The position numbers were made by a program, and so were the translations under genes. A stretch of DNA of 64,000 bases, from NCBI GenBank assembly GCA_000092065.1, contig CP000589.1; one strand, written 5' to 3'. Shown piece after piece: positions 10,101 to 19,631 of the stretch; the stretch's first letter is position 1, and every line of letters starts with the position of its first letter. The notes beneath the pieces are model-generated. The model saw only the letters and a program-made list of their open reading frames with translations, was not told where the DNA came from and searched no databases. This stretch comes from Ostreococcus lucimarinus. Lineage: Eukaryota.

Positions 10101-11144
10101 TCATTTTTTTTGCGGCCGTTTCGGTGAACGCGACGCTTTCGCGTCCTCCTTTTGCGCCAACTCCGCTCTTTTATCCACCGCGAAAGCCGCCATGATGGAA
10201 TCTCCTAGGCCGTCCTCGAGTAAGAACTCGGTCAAATCAATACCACCGCTATCATCTAAATCGAACACACACCAGATACTTTCGACCATGCTGCGAACGT
10301 CTTGGATGTGCGCGACGTCGTCCTTGATGCCGAATGTTTTTATGAGCGCTCGCACGACTTCATCCTTCTCCAAAGTCCCCGAATCGTCCTCGTCCCAAAA
10401 TTTAAACCACGCCCGTTTATCTGTGACGTGTGGTACATGTTTATACTCTCGCAACCTGGGCGGGTATTTCTTGGACACGAACTCCAACAAACCGTCGGCG
10501 CCGACTAACTGCGCCTTGCCCAGCGCGCCCGAACTCTCGGGGTCCCACCGCGCCCACAAGCTCCCTAAATCCTTGTCGATCTTCCTCCAATCCACCGGAA
10601 TCTGTGCTCTTATCACCGTCAACACCTGTTCTTTGTCCAATTTCCCGTTCCCATCGACGTCGCAAAGCCTAAACCACTCGTTCGCGTCCTCCGTCGGAAA
10701 GGGCACGCCCCGCGCGCTCGCGAACGCCGTCCGACATATCGGACACACCGATCCGATGTGTTCGCACACCGCTCGCGCGCACCGCTCGTGTAAAAAATGT
10801 TTACACGTGCGCGCGCCGCTTTCGTCCACGAACACCGCCGTGCGTTCCTTGCACAGCGGTTCGAAGCACGCGCCGCACTCTTGATGATCCTCGCTCACGT
10901 GCAGTCCCCCCCGCGCGCTCCCTTCGTCGTCGCTCGTCCCGCACCACACGTCATCCGTCGACCGTCGCGATCGACGCCGTTCGTTCTCGCGCTCCAACAC
11001 CGCCGTCGTCGCGTCGGCGTTCTTGCGATGCAAGTAATCGTTCGGAGGTTCGTACACCCCCGGGATCGCCGGCGCGAAGTGCTGCGCGATCTGCCGCTTG
11101 TTGCTGTTCGCCGTGTGCGTGGGCAGGCGCAGCGCGGCGCCCAT
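10101..11144 (-). CDS. Calcium-binding protein with a Cys-rich RING-like zinc finger followed by three EF-hands
   Basis: CGACFEPLC...CKHFLHERCARAVCEHIGSVCPIC; EF loops DVDGNGKLDKEQ, DEDDSGTLEKDE, DLDDSGGIDLTE; start placed at MGAALRL (11144). Confidence 0.6.
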   Translation of the reverse strand: MGAALRLPTHTANSNKRQIAQHFAPAIPGVYEPPNDYLHRKNADATTAVLERENERRRSRRSTDDVWCGTSDDEGSARGGLHVSEDHQECGACFEPLCKERTAVFVDESGARTCKHFLHERCARAVCEHIGSVCPICRTAFASARGVPFPTEDANEWFRLCDVDGNGKLDKEQVLTVIRAQIPVDWRKIDKDLGSLWARWDPESSGALGKAQLVGADGLLEFVSKKYPPRLREYKHVPHVTDKRAWFKFWDEDDSGTLEKDEVVRALIKTFGIKDDVAHIQDVRSMVESIWCVFDLDDSGGIDLTEFLLEDGLGDSIMAAFAVDKRAELAQKEDAKASRSPKRPQKK

Positions 11145-11176
<32 letters not shown>

Positions 11177-11390
11177 TCGCGTCGCGTCGCGGTGTGGCGC
11201 CGTCGATCCTCCGTCCCATCCATTCCACCATCCGACGCGCGTCGCGTCGCGTCGTCGCCGCACTTCGCGACGCCGCACTTCGCGCCGCGTCGCCCGCGAT
11301 CGCCGCGTCGACGATCGATCGCGCGCGAAGCGCCCGAGCGAGCGAGGCGGCACCGCGCGCCGAGGCGACGCCGCGCGCGCGCGCGGGACG

Positions 11391-13296
11391 ATGAGTCTTC
11401 GCCCGGGGTCCAAGGCGAGCGAACGGAAGAAGGGCTTCAAGAAAGCCATCGACGCCGATGAGGCGCGACGGAAGCGCGAAGGTGCGCGGGGTGACGCGCG
11501 CGAGCGATGACGCGCGCGGACGGGCGCGGAGACGGCGCGCGGGCGCGAAGCGAGGGAGATTAAGTCGCGGTGGGATGATCTGGCGGCACGAAAACGGTGG
11601 ACGCGCGCGCGCGCAGCGCGCGCGCGAGGCGACGGCGACGCGGAGACGACGAAGGACTGACGATGCACGCGCGCGCGCGGTGGTCGGCGAACGCAGATAA
11701 CATGATTCAGATTCGTAAGGATAAGCGCGAGGAGGCGATGATGAAGAAGCGAAGGTGCGCGCGAGACGACGACGCGCGCGAGGCGGAAAACGCGAACGCG
11801 CGGTGATTCATCGGACGGTGACTGACGAAGTGGGTTTATGATGACGCAGGGACGGTGCGACTGGAAGCGTGGCGTCGGATTCGACGGCGATGACGGGTTC
11901 GCCGGGCGGGGGATCGGTGCAGAGCAAGCTCGCGCAGTTGCCGCAAATGCTTGAAGCGCTGAAGAACCCGGATCCGAACGTGCAACTCGAGGCAACGATT
12001 GCGTTTCGTAAACTTCTTTCCATCGAGCGATCGCCGCCGATCGATCAGGTGATTGAGACCGGCGCGACGCCGTTTTTCGTCGAGTTTTTAAAGCGTACCG
12101 ATGTTCCAAAGTTGCAGTTTGAAGCCGCGTGGGCGCTGACGAACATCGCCTCTGGTACGAGCGAGCACACGGCGATCGTGATCGATCATGGGGCTGTGCC
12201 CATCTTTATCGCGCTGTTGGGTTCAGACAACCCCGACGTGCGCGAGCAAGCGGTTTGGGCGCTCGGGAACATCGCGGGCGACAGTCCGCGGTGCCGCGAC
12301 TTGGTGTTGCACGCCAACGCGTTGCATCCGCTCCTCGCGCAACTCAACGCCGAAGCGAAGATCCAGATGCTTCGTAACGCGACGTGGACTTTGTCGAACT
12401 TTTGCCGCGGTAAACCTCAGCCTGACTTTAGCGCGTTGCGAGCGGCGCTTCCGGCGCTCGCTCGCTTGGTGCACTCGAACGACGAGGAGGTGCTCACTGA
12501 TGCGTGCTGGGCGCTCTCGTACCTTAGCGACGGTACGAACGACAAGATCCAGGCCGTTATCGAGGCTGGAGTGTGCCGACGTCTCGTGGAGCTCTTGGCG
12601 AGCAACCATCCGAGCGTGTTGATTCCGGCGCTTCGAACGGTTGGTAACATCGTGACCGGCGACGACTATCAGACTCAAATCATCATCAACTGCCACGCTC
12701 TGAAGGCGTTGCTCGGATTATTGGCGGGAGACTACAAGAAGAGCATTAAAAAGGAAGCGTGCTGGACGATCTCGAACATCACCGCCGGTAACAAGGACCA
12801 AATCCAAAGCATCATTGACGAGCAAATGGTGCCGCCGTTGGTCGAGTTGCTCGCCAACGCCGAATTCGATATTAAGAAGGAGGCGGCCTGGGCGATTTCT
12901 AACGCCACGAGCGGTGGTACGCATCAACAGATCAAGTATCTCGTCAGCCAAGGGTGCATCAAGCCGCTGTGTGATCTCATCAACTGCAGCGACGCGCGCA
13001 TCGTCACCGTCGCGCTCGAGGGGTTGGAGAACATTTTAAAAGTCGGCGAGGCTGATCGCGGCGACAACATGGAAGCCCCGAACGTTTTCGCGCAATACAT
13101 CGACGAAGCCGAGGGGTTGGAGAAGATCGAATCGTTACAGAATCACACCAACGACGACATTTACCAAAAGGCGATGCGTCTTTTGGAGACGTATTTCGGT
13201 TTAGAGGACGACGACGCGCAAAACCTCATGCCCGAGGTCCAGGGCGACCAGTTCGCCTTCGGCGCCGGCGCGCCCACGGGCGGGTTCAACTTTTAG
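11391..13296 (+). CDS. IMPA: Importin alpha (karyopherin alpha), 3 exons: 11391..11481, 11697..11754, 11850..13296. The IBB domain is split over two micro-exons, followed by the ARM-repeat body.
   Basis: Exon1 [30 protein letters not shown](G) and exon2 [20 protein letters not shown] match the plant importin-alpha N-terminus MSLRPNAKTEVRRNRYKVAVDAEEGRRRREDNMVEIRKSKREE; donors GTGCGC at 11482 and 11755, acceptors ACGCAG at 11696 and 11849, phases consistent; ARM repeats [32 protein letters not shown] in the 11869 ORF. Confidence 0.75.
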
Positions 13297-13345
13297 ACTT
13301 TTTTCGCGCGATGGATGAAACGACTTTTTTCGCGCGATGGATGAA

Positions 13346-13380
<35 letters not shown>
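13297..13380. repeat. 26-bp direct tandem duplication (acttttttcgcgcgatggatgaaacg x2) immediately followed by a (GAC)~12 microsatellite, between the importin stop and the ADAM start
   Basis: Seen directly in sequence 13297-13380. Confidence 0.8.
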
Positions 13381-13382
<2 letters not shown>

Positions 13383-13490
13383 TCACTAGCTCTTGAAATC
13401 AACGCAAATATTCACCCGCGTCGCCGCGCCACCTGGAGTTTCATAACGTCACCCAACAGCCGCGCTCGCGTCGCCACACGCGCGCGCGCC

Positions 13491-16040
13491 ATGCGCCCGA
13501 TCGCGCGATCGCGCGCCCGCGCGCGCGAAACACTTCGCGGCGCGTGGTTCCGGCTCGCGATCTGCGCCGCCTGCGCCCTCGCGCGCGCGAAATCCGCGCG
13601 AGGGCACGACGATGACGCATCGGGACGCGGCGCGCCCGCGTGGGTGTTGACGACGCTCACCGACGTTCGAGCGCGCGCGAGCGTCGACGGTGGCTACGCG
13701 CCCGAGGTGACGTTCACGCTCGATGCGTTCGGGACGTCGCACGACGTGCGCGTGGCGGTGAACGAGGAATTGACGTCGGGAGGGTGCGCGGCGAAACGGC
13801 GACTGGGCGCGAGCGACGCCGACTCGAGACGCCGACGCGAGGAGGGTCGGAGAAAACGCGAGGGAGGGCGGCGCGCGCGCGAGCTTTCGTCGGAGACGTC
13901 GAGCGCGCGCGCGCACGTGGAGACGATCGGGGAGAGCGATTTCGAGGTGATACCGATGGGGGCGTTCGGCGCGCGCGGCGCGGCGCGATGCCAGTATTTG
14001 GGCGCGACGACGAACGCGACGGTGAGAACCGCGGCGGCGTGCGCGCTGTGCGATGGGTTCGTCAAAGGGCAGATACGCTCGCGAAATGTGACGATCGCGT
14101 TCGAACAGGCGAGCGAGGCGGCGGCGGCGGCGTACTTGGCTTCGCGGACGATGCCGAGCGGGCGACACGCGCTCGAATACGTCGTGCTCAACGTGAGCAC
14201 CGTGCACGCGCACGAGGGGGGTAAGATTGACGAACCACGCATTATGGGGCCGGAAAGGCTCACGTACTTGGACGTTAATGGAAACGCGATGAGCATCGAG
14301 GAGGTTGAGCGGCAGGCGAAGGAGGCAAAGGAACCGGAAGACGCTGACCGCCGCCGAAAGCTTTTGCAAAGCTCGCAGCGATACATCGAACTCGTCGTCG
14401 TCAACGACTACGCGCGGTGTCAAATGTTTAACGGTGACGCGGATGCGTTAGAGGCGGACACGCTCTACGTCGTGAATGTCGTAAATTCGCTGTACGAAAA
14501 CGCATTCTCGCCGCCGATCAAAATAATCCTGAAGGACGTCGTATCGTTCACGGGTGGAGATCCGTACGAGCTCACGTGGCTTTCTGGCTCCGAGGAGGCC
14601 GCGGAAGAAATAATTGACGACATTAACGCGTGGCGGCGGGCGAATATAGGCTCCATCGCGGCGCACGACATGATGCACTTGTTCTCAGGGCTCGATTTCT
14701 ATGGCGTCGGCGACGAACCTGGTGAGAGTTCGCCTCACGTTATTGGCTTAGCGTCGCAGTACGCCGACTTCGGGTACAGCGGCGCTTGCGTGCAGTCAAA
14801 ATACTGCTCACAACTGCCCCCGGGAGTGTCGTCGGGTAGCGCTATGCTCACCGAGGGGGGCTGTTACGTTATATCTGGGCTGAAGTACTGCTGCTTCACC
14901 GCTGTGCAAGTCGCGGCGATCTCGATGGTTTGGAAAGCCAGCTCGCAACGAGACGCCATCACCGTCGCGCACGAAATCGGTCACCAACTCGGCTTCTCGC
15001 ACGATCACGTTGATTACGACTCGTGTCCGCAGTACGGCCAGATCATGGCAGTATACGCTAACTGGGAACTCGAGGTCGATTGGAGCACGTGCTCGAAGAC
15101 GGAATACGCTGCAAAAATCGGCGATATTTATCACGAATGTTTACTCGAGACGGAAACCGCGAGCACGTCGGTGTGCGGAAACGGGATCGTCGAGCCTGGG
15201 GAGCAGTGCGATTGTCCGGACAAAAACTGCACGTGTTACGATCACTGCTGCAATGCAGAGACGTGTCAGCTTTTGACGAACGCCACGTGTTCCGCGGTTG
15301 ATGGTTGCTGCGACGCTTCGACGTGCACGGTTGCCGCGTCGGGCACGGTTTGTCGCGCGTCGCTCGGCTCGTGCGACACCGCGGAAACGTGTGATGGAAC
15401 ATCGAAATCGTGTCCTGTGGACACGATCACGGCTTATGGAACCGCCTGCACGGACGCGAACGGTGATGTAGGCGCTTGTTGGGCAAACGAGTGCCGCAAT
15501 CGAGATTGGAAGTGTCAGGATTTAAGTGCGAACACGTACGGCGGCGTGCGAACGTCCACCGCGCGATGTCCGGCAACGGCGTACGCGCCCGCGCAAATCG
15601 CGGGCTCGTCGACCGCGTGCTCGAGTGGCGAAGGAGCTCAACCGTGGTATTGCTTCTCGGACGCCACGTCATGCTACGCTGGCTTGTACGCTGGCTTTAC
15701 TACGATAAACGCGTCGCTCGGCTTTCCCTGCGGCGCCGCGACTGCGGGAGTGCACTCGAACGTGTGCGATGGTTTGGGTTCGTGTGTGGCGCTGTCGTCG
15801 GTGATGCCGACGTACACTTCACCTTTGCCGACGTTGTCGCAACAACGCGAGCGAGACTGCGCCGCCTATCCAACGCCGACGGGGTACGTGCATCCCGTCG
15901 TCACGCCGCCTTCCTCGACGCCTGTTCCGTCGTCGACGCCGCCGACGACGCCGCCGTCGACGCCGTCGAGCGCGCCGATTCGAACTATTTCAACGCTGCT
16001 GTATATGTTGACGCTGACGCTCTGCCTGTCGCTCTCTTAG
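13491..16040 (+). CDS. ADAM-type metalloprotease-disintegrin: signal peptide, pro-region, reprolysin (M12B) catalytic domain with HEIGHQLGFSHD zinc site, canonical disintegrin Cys pattern, Cys-rich region, Ser/Thr/Pro stalk and hydrophobic C-terminus
   Basis: HExxHxxGxxHD; disintegrin CGNGIVEPGEQCDCPDKNCTCYDHCCNAETCQL...CRASLGSCDTAETCDGTSKSCPVD; N-terminal WFRLAICAACALARA; C-terminal STPPTTPPSTPSSAP...LLYMLTLTLCLSLS. Confidence 0.75.
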   Translation: MRPIARSRARARETLRGAWFRLAICAACALARAKSARGHDDDASGRGAPAWVLTTLTDVRARASVDGGYAPEVTFTLDAFGTSHDVRVAVNEELTSGGCAAKRRLGASDADSRRRREEGRRKREGGRRARELSSETSSARAHVETIGESDFEVIPMGAFGARGAARCQYLGATTNATVRTAAACALCDGFVKGQIRSRNVTIAFEQASEAAAAAYLASRTMPSGRHALEYVVLNVSTVHAHEGGKIDEPRIMGPERLTYLDVNGNAMSIEEVERQAKEAKEPEDADRRRKLLQSSQRYIELVVVNDYARCQMFNGDADALEADTLYVVNVVNSLYENAFSPPIKIILKDVVSFTGGDPYELTWLSGSEEAAEEIIDDINAWRRANIGSIAAHDMMHLFSGLDFYGVGDEPGESSPHVIGLASQYADFGYSGACVQSKYCSQLPPGVSSGSAMLTEGGCYVISGLKYCCFTAVQVAAISMVWKASSQRDAITVAHEIGHQLGFSHDHVDYDSCPQYGQIMAVYANWELEVDWSTCSKTEYAAKIGDIYHECLLETETASTSVCGNGIVEPGEQCDCPDKNCTCYDHCCNAETCQLLTNATCSAVDGCCDASTCTVAASGTVCRASLGSCDTAETCDGTSKSCPVDTITAYGTACTDANGDVGACWANECRNRDWKCQDLSANTYGGVRTSTARCPATAYAPAQIAGSSTACSSGEGAQPWYCFSDATSCYAGLYAGFTTINASLGFPCGAATAGVHSNVCDGLGSCVALSSVMPTYTSPLPTLSQQRERDCAAYPTPTGYVHPVVTPPSSTPVPSSTPPTTPPSTPSSAPIRTISTLLYMLTLTLCLSLS

Positions 16041-16090
16041 AATGCTCTAGAATCGTAATGTAATTTACAAACTTTCGCGCGAACGAGACG

Positions 16091-16889
16091 CTACGCCCTC
16101 TTGACGCTCACGCTGAGCGCGTCCTTTTTCGGCCCGCCCTCTTCGCCCTTCCACACCTGCTCATACTCAAACATCGCCTCCAATAAATGCGTGTCGTACC
16201 GACCCGCGCTCGAATCGACGTACTCTAAATACCCCGGCGCGCCCGGATACACGACGTTATCCGCGACGACGATCGTCCCCCGACGAACCACGCCCGCGTC
16301 TTCGTACAACTTCAAATCCGGCAAATACCGCTCCTTCGCGTGATCGAGAAACAACACATCCGCGCCCTCCGTCGTCCCGACCCCCTTCACGCTCTCCACG
16401 AACGCGCGCGCGTCCCCCACCGCCTCCGATCCCGCCGCCGTCAGCACTCGCACCCGATCGTCCAGCCCCGCGTACGCGAGCGCCCATCGCGCCACCTCCG
16501 CGTGTCGCGCCTCGTACTCGACGCACAGCATCCTCGCCCTCGCGCTCTTAAACCGCATCGCCGTCGCGATCGCGCTGTACCCCAAAAACGTCCCGATCTC
16601 CACGCAGCACTCCAGCTTCGGCGCGCGATCGAGCTCGCGTCCCAGCAGCGCCGCCTTCGCCCGTCCCAGCGCGTACGTCGGGTACCGCGCGAAGAACGCG
16701 TCGTACGCCTCGAGGATCGACGCCCCGTCGCCGCGCGTCGCGCGCCGCTCCAGGTACGGAATCACGTCCCGAGGTTCGCGATACGGCCACCGCGCGTAAA
16801 ACGTCGCCGCGTCGTCGTCGTCGTCGTCGTCGCGCGCGTCCGCGTCGCGTCGCGTCGTGGACGTGAGCGCGAGCGTCAGCGTCGTCATC
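16091..16889 (-). CDS. Class I SAM-dependent O-methyltransferase of the catechol/caffeoyl-CoA OMT family
   Basis: LECCVEIGTFLGYSAIATA (SAM motif I), DVLFLDHAKERY; start set at MMTTL (16889) because the upstream 235 codons are Arg-rich. Confidence 0.7.
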
Positions 16890-17251
16890 ATCGCCGCGCG
16901 TCGATTCGTCGTCGCCGGCGTTCGAGTCGTCGCGCGCGGGACGCGCGCGGACGCGCGCACCGCCGGCGTCGCGCGCATCGCGGGCGGCGCGCGTCGCGAT
17001 GCGTCGCGACGCGTCGTCGCGTCGTCGTCGGCGGCGGTGTCGCCCGCACGCCCGGGTGTTTCGGTCACGCCCGGGTGTTTCGACCGGTCGGTCGCCGCGT
17101 TCCAGCGTGGCGACGGCCGATCGCGCGAGACCGCGACGCGCGCGCGCGACGCGCCGAGGCGCGCGCGACGCGAGCGACGGGCACCGCGATCGAGAGCGCG
17201 CGGACGGCGTCTCGACCGCGTCGCGCGACGCGACGACGTCGAGCGACGACG

Positions 17252-19579
17252 ATGATGAAGACGATCGAGACGACGAAGACGCATCGGCGATCGGCGCGCG
17301 GCGTCGAACGACGGCGCGGGACGACGACGCGCGCGGAAGGACGCGCGGGACGACGACGGCGCGACGATGCGTCGAACGAACGTCGTCGTCGCGGGCTCGG
17401 GGCGATGCGCGCGCGGGACGAAGGACGGAGGGACGAAGCGCGCGGGGACCGGGACGGCGAGCGGCTTCGGGAGAGCGGCGCGGTCGCGTTGGCGATCGCG
17501 TTCGGGTTGGGATTCGCGAGCCCGAGCGCGAGGGCGGTGTGGCCGTTTCGGACGGTGCGAGCGACGACGTCGGAGGTGTCGGAGAGCGAACATCGGTCGG
17601 TGGTGGAGATGTTCGCCGAGGCGTTCGAGGAAGCCGAAGCGGCGGTCGAAGCCGAAGTCGTCGAAGTCGTCGAAGACGTCGTCGCGAAGCGAGACGGCGC
17701 GGCGGTCGGGGCGGTTCTGGTTCCGGCCGCGTGCGTCGTCGCCGTCGCGGCGCTCGCGTGCGTGACGTATGCACAGCGGTACGCGTTAATGTTGTGGGCG
17801 ACGAAGGCGTTGGATCAGTGGGAGGCGAACGATCCAAACTTTCCGAGCAAGCAGCTGCGATGGCAACAACTCTTGGACGAGGAGGTGAGCAAGAGGGAGG
17901 CTTTGAACGAGGAATGGCTCGAGCGATTACAGGCGGAAAAGGCGAAAACCAAAGCGAACGCGGATGAGATGCAACAGCGCATCGAAGAAGAACGCGCGCT
18001 CGCGCTGGACATGCGCGCGAACGCGACGGCTCTGGAAACCGAGTTCAGAGCGCTCATCGACGAACAACGCGCCGCCTCTGGGGCGCGCGAAGAAGAGTTA
18101 CACGGACGCATCGTCGAGGAACAGGCCAAGTTCGCGAGTCTTTCCGCGGAGGCTGGATCTCTCCGCGAGCAAATCAGTTCGCTCGAGGCGCAGTTGACGA
18201 GGAAGTCGGATTCATCAAACGACTTGAAAGAAGAGCTACTCTCGGCGCGACGGGCTGAAGAAGTCGTCAAATCCGAACTCGCCGGCGTGTGTGCGGCGAA
18301 GGATGCGCTCGCGCGACAGCTCGACGAAGTGCGTACGAATCTCACGTGGGAAACTTCGAAGGCGAGCGAGCTCGAGGAACAGCTCAGCGCGCTCAAGTCT
18401 GAGCTCGCCAGCGCTCGCGACGCGAGGGCCGAACTTGAGCGAGAGCTCGAAGGCGCCCGCGCTAACCTCGCCGTTGAGTCGTCGAACGAGCACGAGCTCG
18501 AAGAACAGCTCAGTGCGCTCAAGTCTGAGCTCGCCAGCGCTCGCGACGCGAGGGTCGAACTTGAGCGAGAGCTCGAAGGCGCCCGCGCTAACCTCGCCGT
18601 TGAGTCGTCGAACGAGCACGAGCTCGAAGAACAGCTCAGTGCGCTCAAGTCTGAGCTCGCCAGCGCTCGCGACGCGAGGGTCGAACTTGAGCGAGAGCTC
18701 GACGCCATGCGCGACGGATTTGAAGCACAACTCGAGGCGCAGAAAGGCGCTGGCGCCGATATGAAACTCGAATCAGAGCGTCTCGAGGAACTGGTCGCGA
18801 AATTGAAGAACGAAATCGAGGCGAACAGTGTGCTTCGCGAGCGAATGCAAACCGAAAAGCAAGCGGAAGACTCCTACGTGACGGCCCTCAACGAGGAGAT
18901 TGAGGCTTTGCGCTTGGAGTTGCACGCGGCGCAAGCGCACGCGGCGCAAGCGCTCGGGCAGTACGCTGAACTTGATTCTGCGCTACCAAAGATCATCGAC
19001 GCAGTCGACCGCTTGCGCAGTCTTACGAGCATGGTAAACGAAGATAGCCCGATCGTAGAGCACACGTTCAGCGTCGCCGACGTACCACCACCGCAGCCGA
19101 ACGAGTTCCTCGTCATCGTCGGTTCATGGAATGACTGGGATCTCGCCACGGGCGTCGCGATGTCGTACGACCCCGATGGCAGCTGGAAAGCGCTTGTTGA
19201 GCTTCAGTCTGACATCGTGTACGAGTATAAGGTTTGTGTTTGTTCGGGGTCCGATGAAGAGCGCGTGCCCCAGGCCTGGCAATCCGGCGCAAACTCGGCG
19301 TTTGCGATCGCCTCCTCGTTGATCAACGAACAAGGTTTAGCGCCTAAGGCGACGGTGATGAGTCACTGGGTCGCAGATCCTGCGAACGCGCCAATTATGA
19401 TGTTCGGTCCCGACGGCGAAAAGTTCACGTTGAGCTCCACTCAACTCATGACCGATCTTCCTGCTAACTTAATCACGGACACGCTCGAGGATCTGTCGCA
19501 CGTCATCTCCGAGGTGACGAGGGGAATCGACAACGACATCCTCAATACCAAGCAGCACGCGGCGACGGCTTCGCGTTAA
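17252..19579 (+). CDS. PTST-like protein (PROTEIN TARGETING TO STARCH family): N-terminal hydrophobic segment, long coiled coil, C-terminal CBM48/AMPK-beta-type carbohydrate-binding module
   Basis: C-terminal EFLVIVGSWNDWDLATGVAMSYDPDGSWKALVELQSDIVYEYKV matches the CBM48 core; start uncertain (the first ~300 codons of the ORF are antisense to the OMT gene). Confidence 0.6.
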   Translation: MMKTIETTKTHRRSARGVERRRGTTTRAEGRAGRRRRDDASNERRRRGLGAMRARDEGRRDEARGDRDGERLRESGAVALAIAFGLGFASPSARAVWPFRTVRATTSEVSESEHRSVVEMFAEAFEEAEAAVEAEVVEVVEDVVAKRDGAAVGAVLVPAACVVAVAALACVTYAQRYALMLWATKALDQWEANDPNFPSKQLRWQQLLDEEVSKREALNEEWLERLQAEKAKTKANADEMQQRIEEERALALDMRANATALETEFRALIDEQRAASGAREEELHGRIVEEQAKFASLSAEAGSLREQISSLEAQLTRKSDSSNDLKEELLSARRAEEVVKSELAGVCAAKDALARQLDEVRTNLTWETSKASELEEQLSALKSELASARDARAELERELEGARANLAVESSNEHELEEQLSALKSELASARDARVELERELEGARANLAVESSNEHELEEQLSALKSELASARDARVELERELDAMRDGFEAQLEAQKGAGADMKLESERLEELVAKLKNEIEANSVLRERMQTEKQAEDSYVTALNEEIEALRLELHAAQAHAAQALGQYAELDSALPKIIDAVDRLRSLTSMVNEDSPIVEHTFSVADVPPPQPNEFLVIVGSWNDWDLATGVAMSYDPDGSWKALVELQSDIVYEYKVCVCSGSDEERVPQAWQSGANSAFAIASSLINEQGLAPKATVMSHWVADPANAPIMMFGPDGEKFTLSSTQLMTDLPANLITDTLEDLSHVISEVTRGIDNDILNTKQHAATASR
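18368..18700 (+). repeat. About 2.6 tandem copies of a 126-bp unit encoding ELEEQLSALKSELASARDAR[A/V]ELERELEGARANLAVESSNEH inside the coiled coil
   Basis: Unit starts at 18368, 18494 and 18620. Confidence 0.85.
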
Positions 19580-19631
19580 ACGAGTACTACTATCACATGT
19601 AATCATACTTCAAGCATGCTATGAATATTGT

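Noticed and set aside
16340-17250. First ~300 codons of plus ORF 16340..19579
   Set aside because: Antisense to the O-methyltransferase gene and Arg-rich; the PTST-like gene most likely starts at or after 17252
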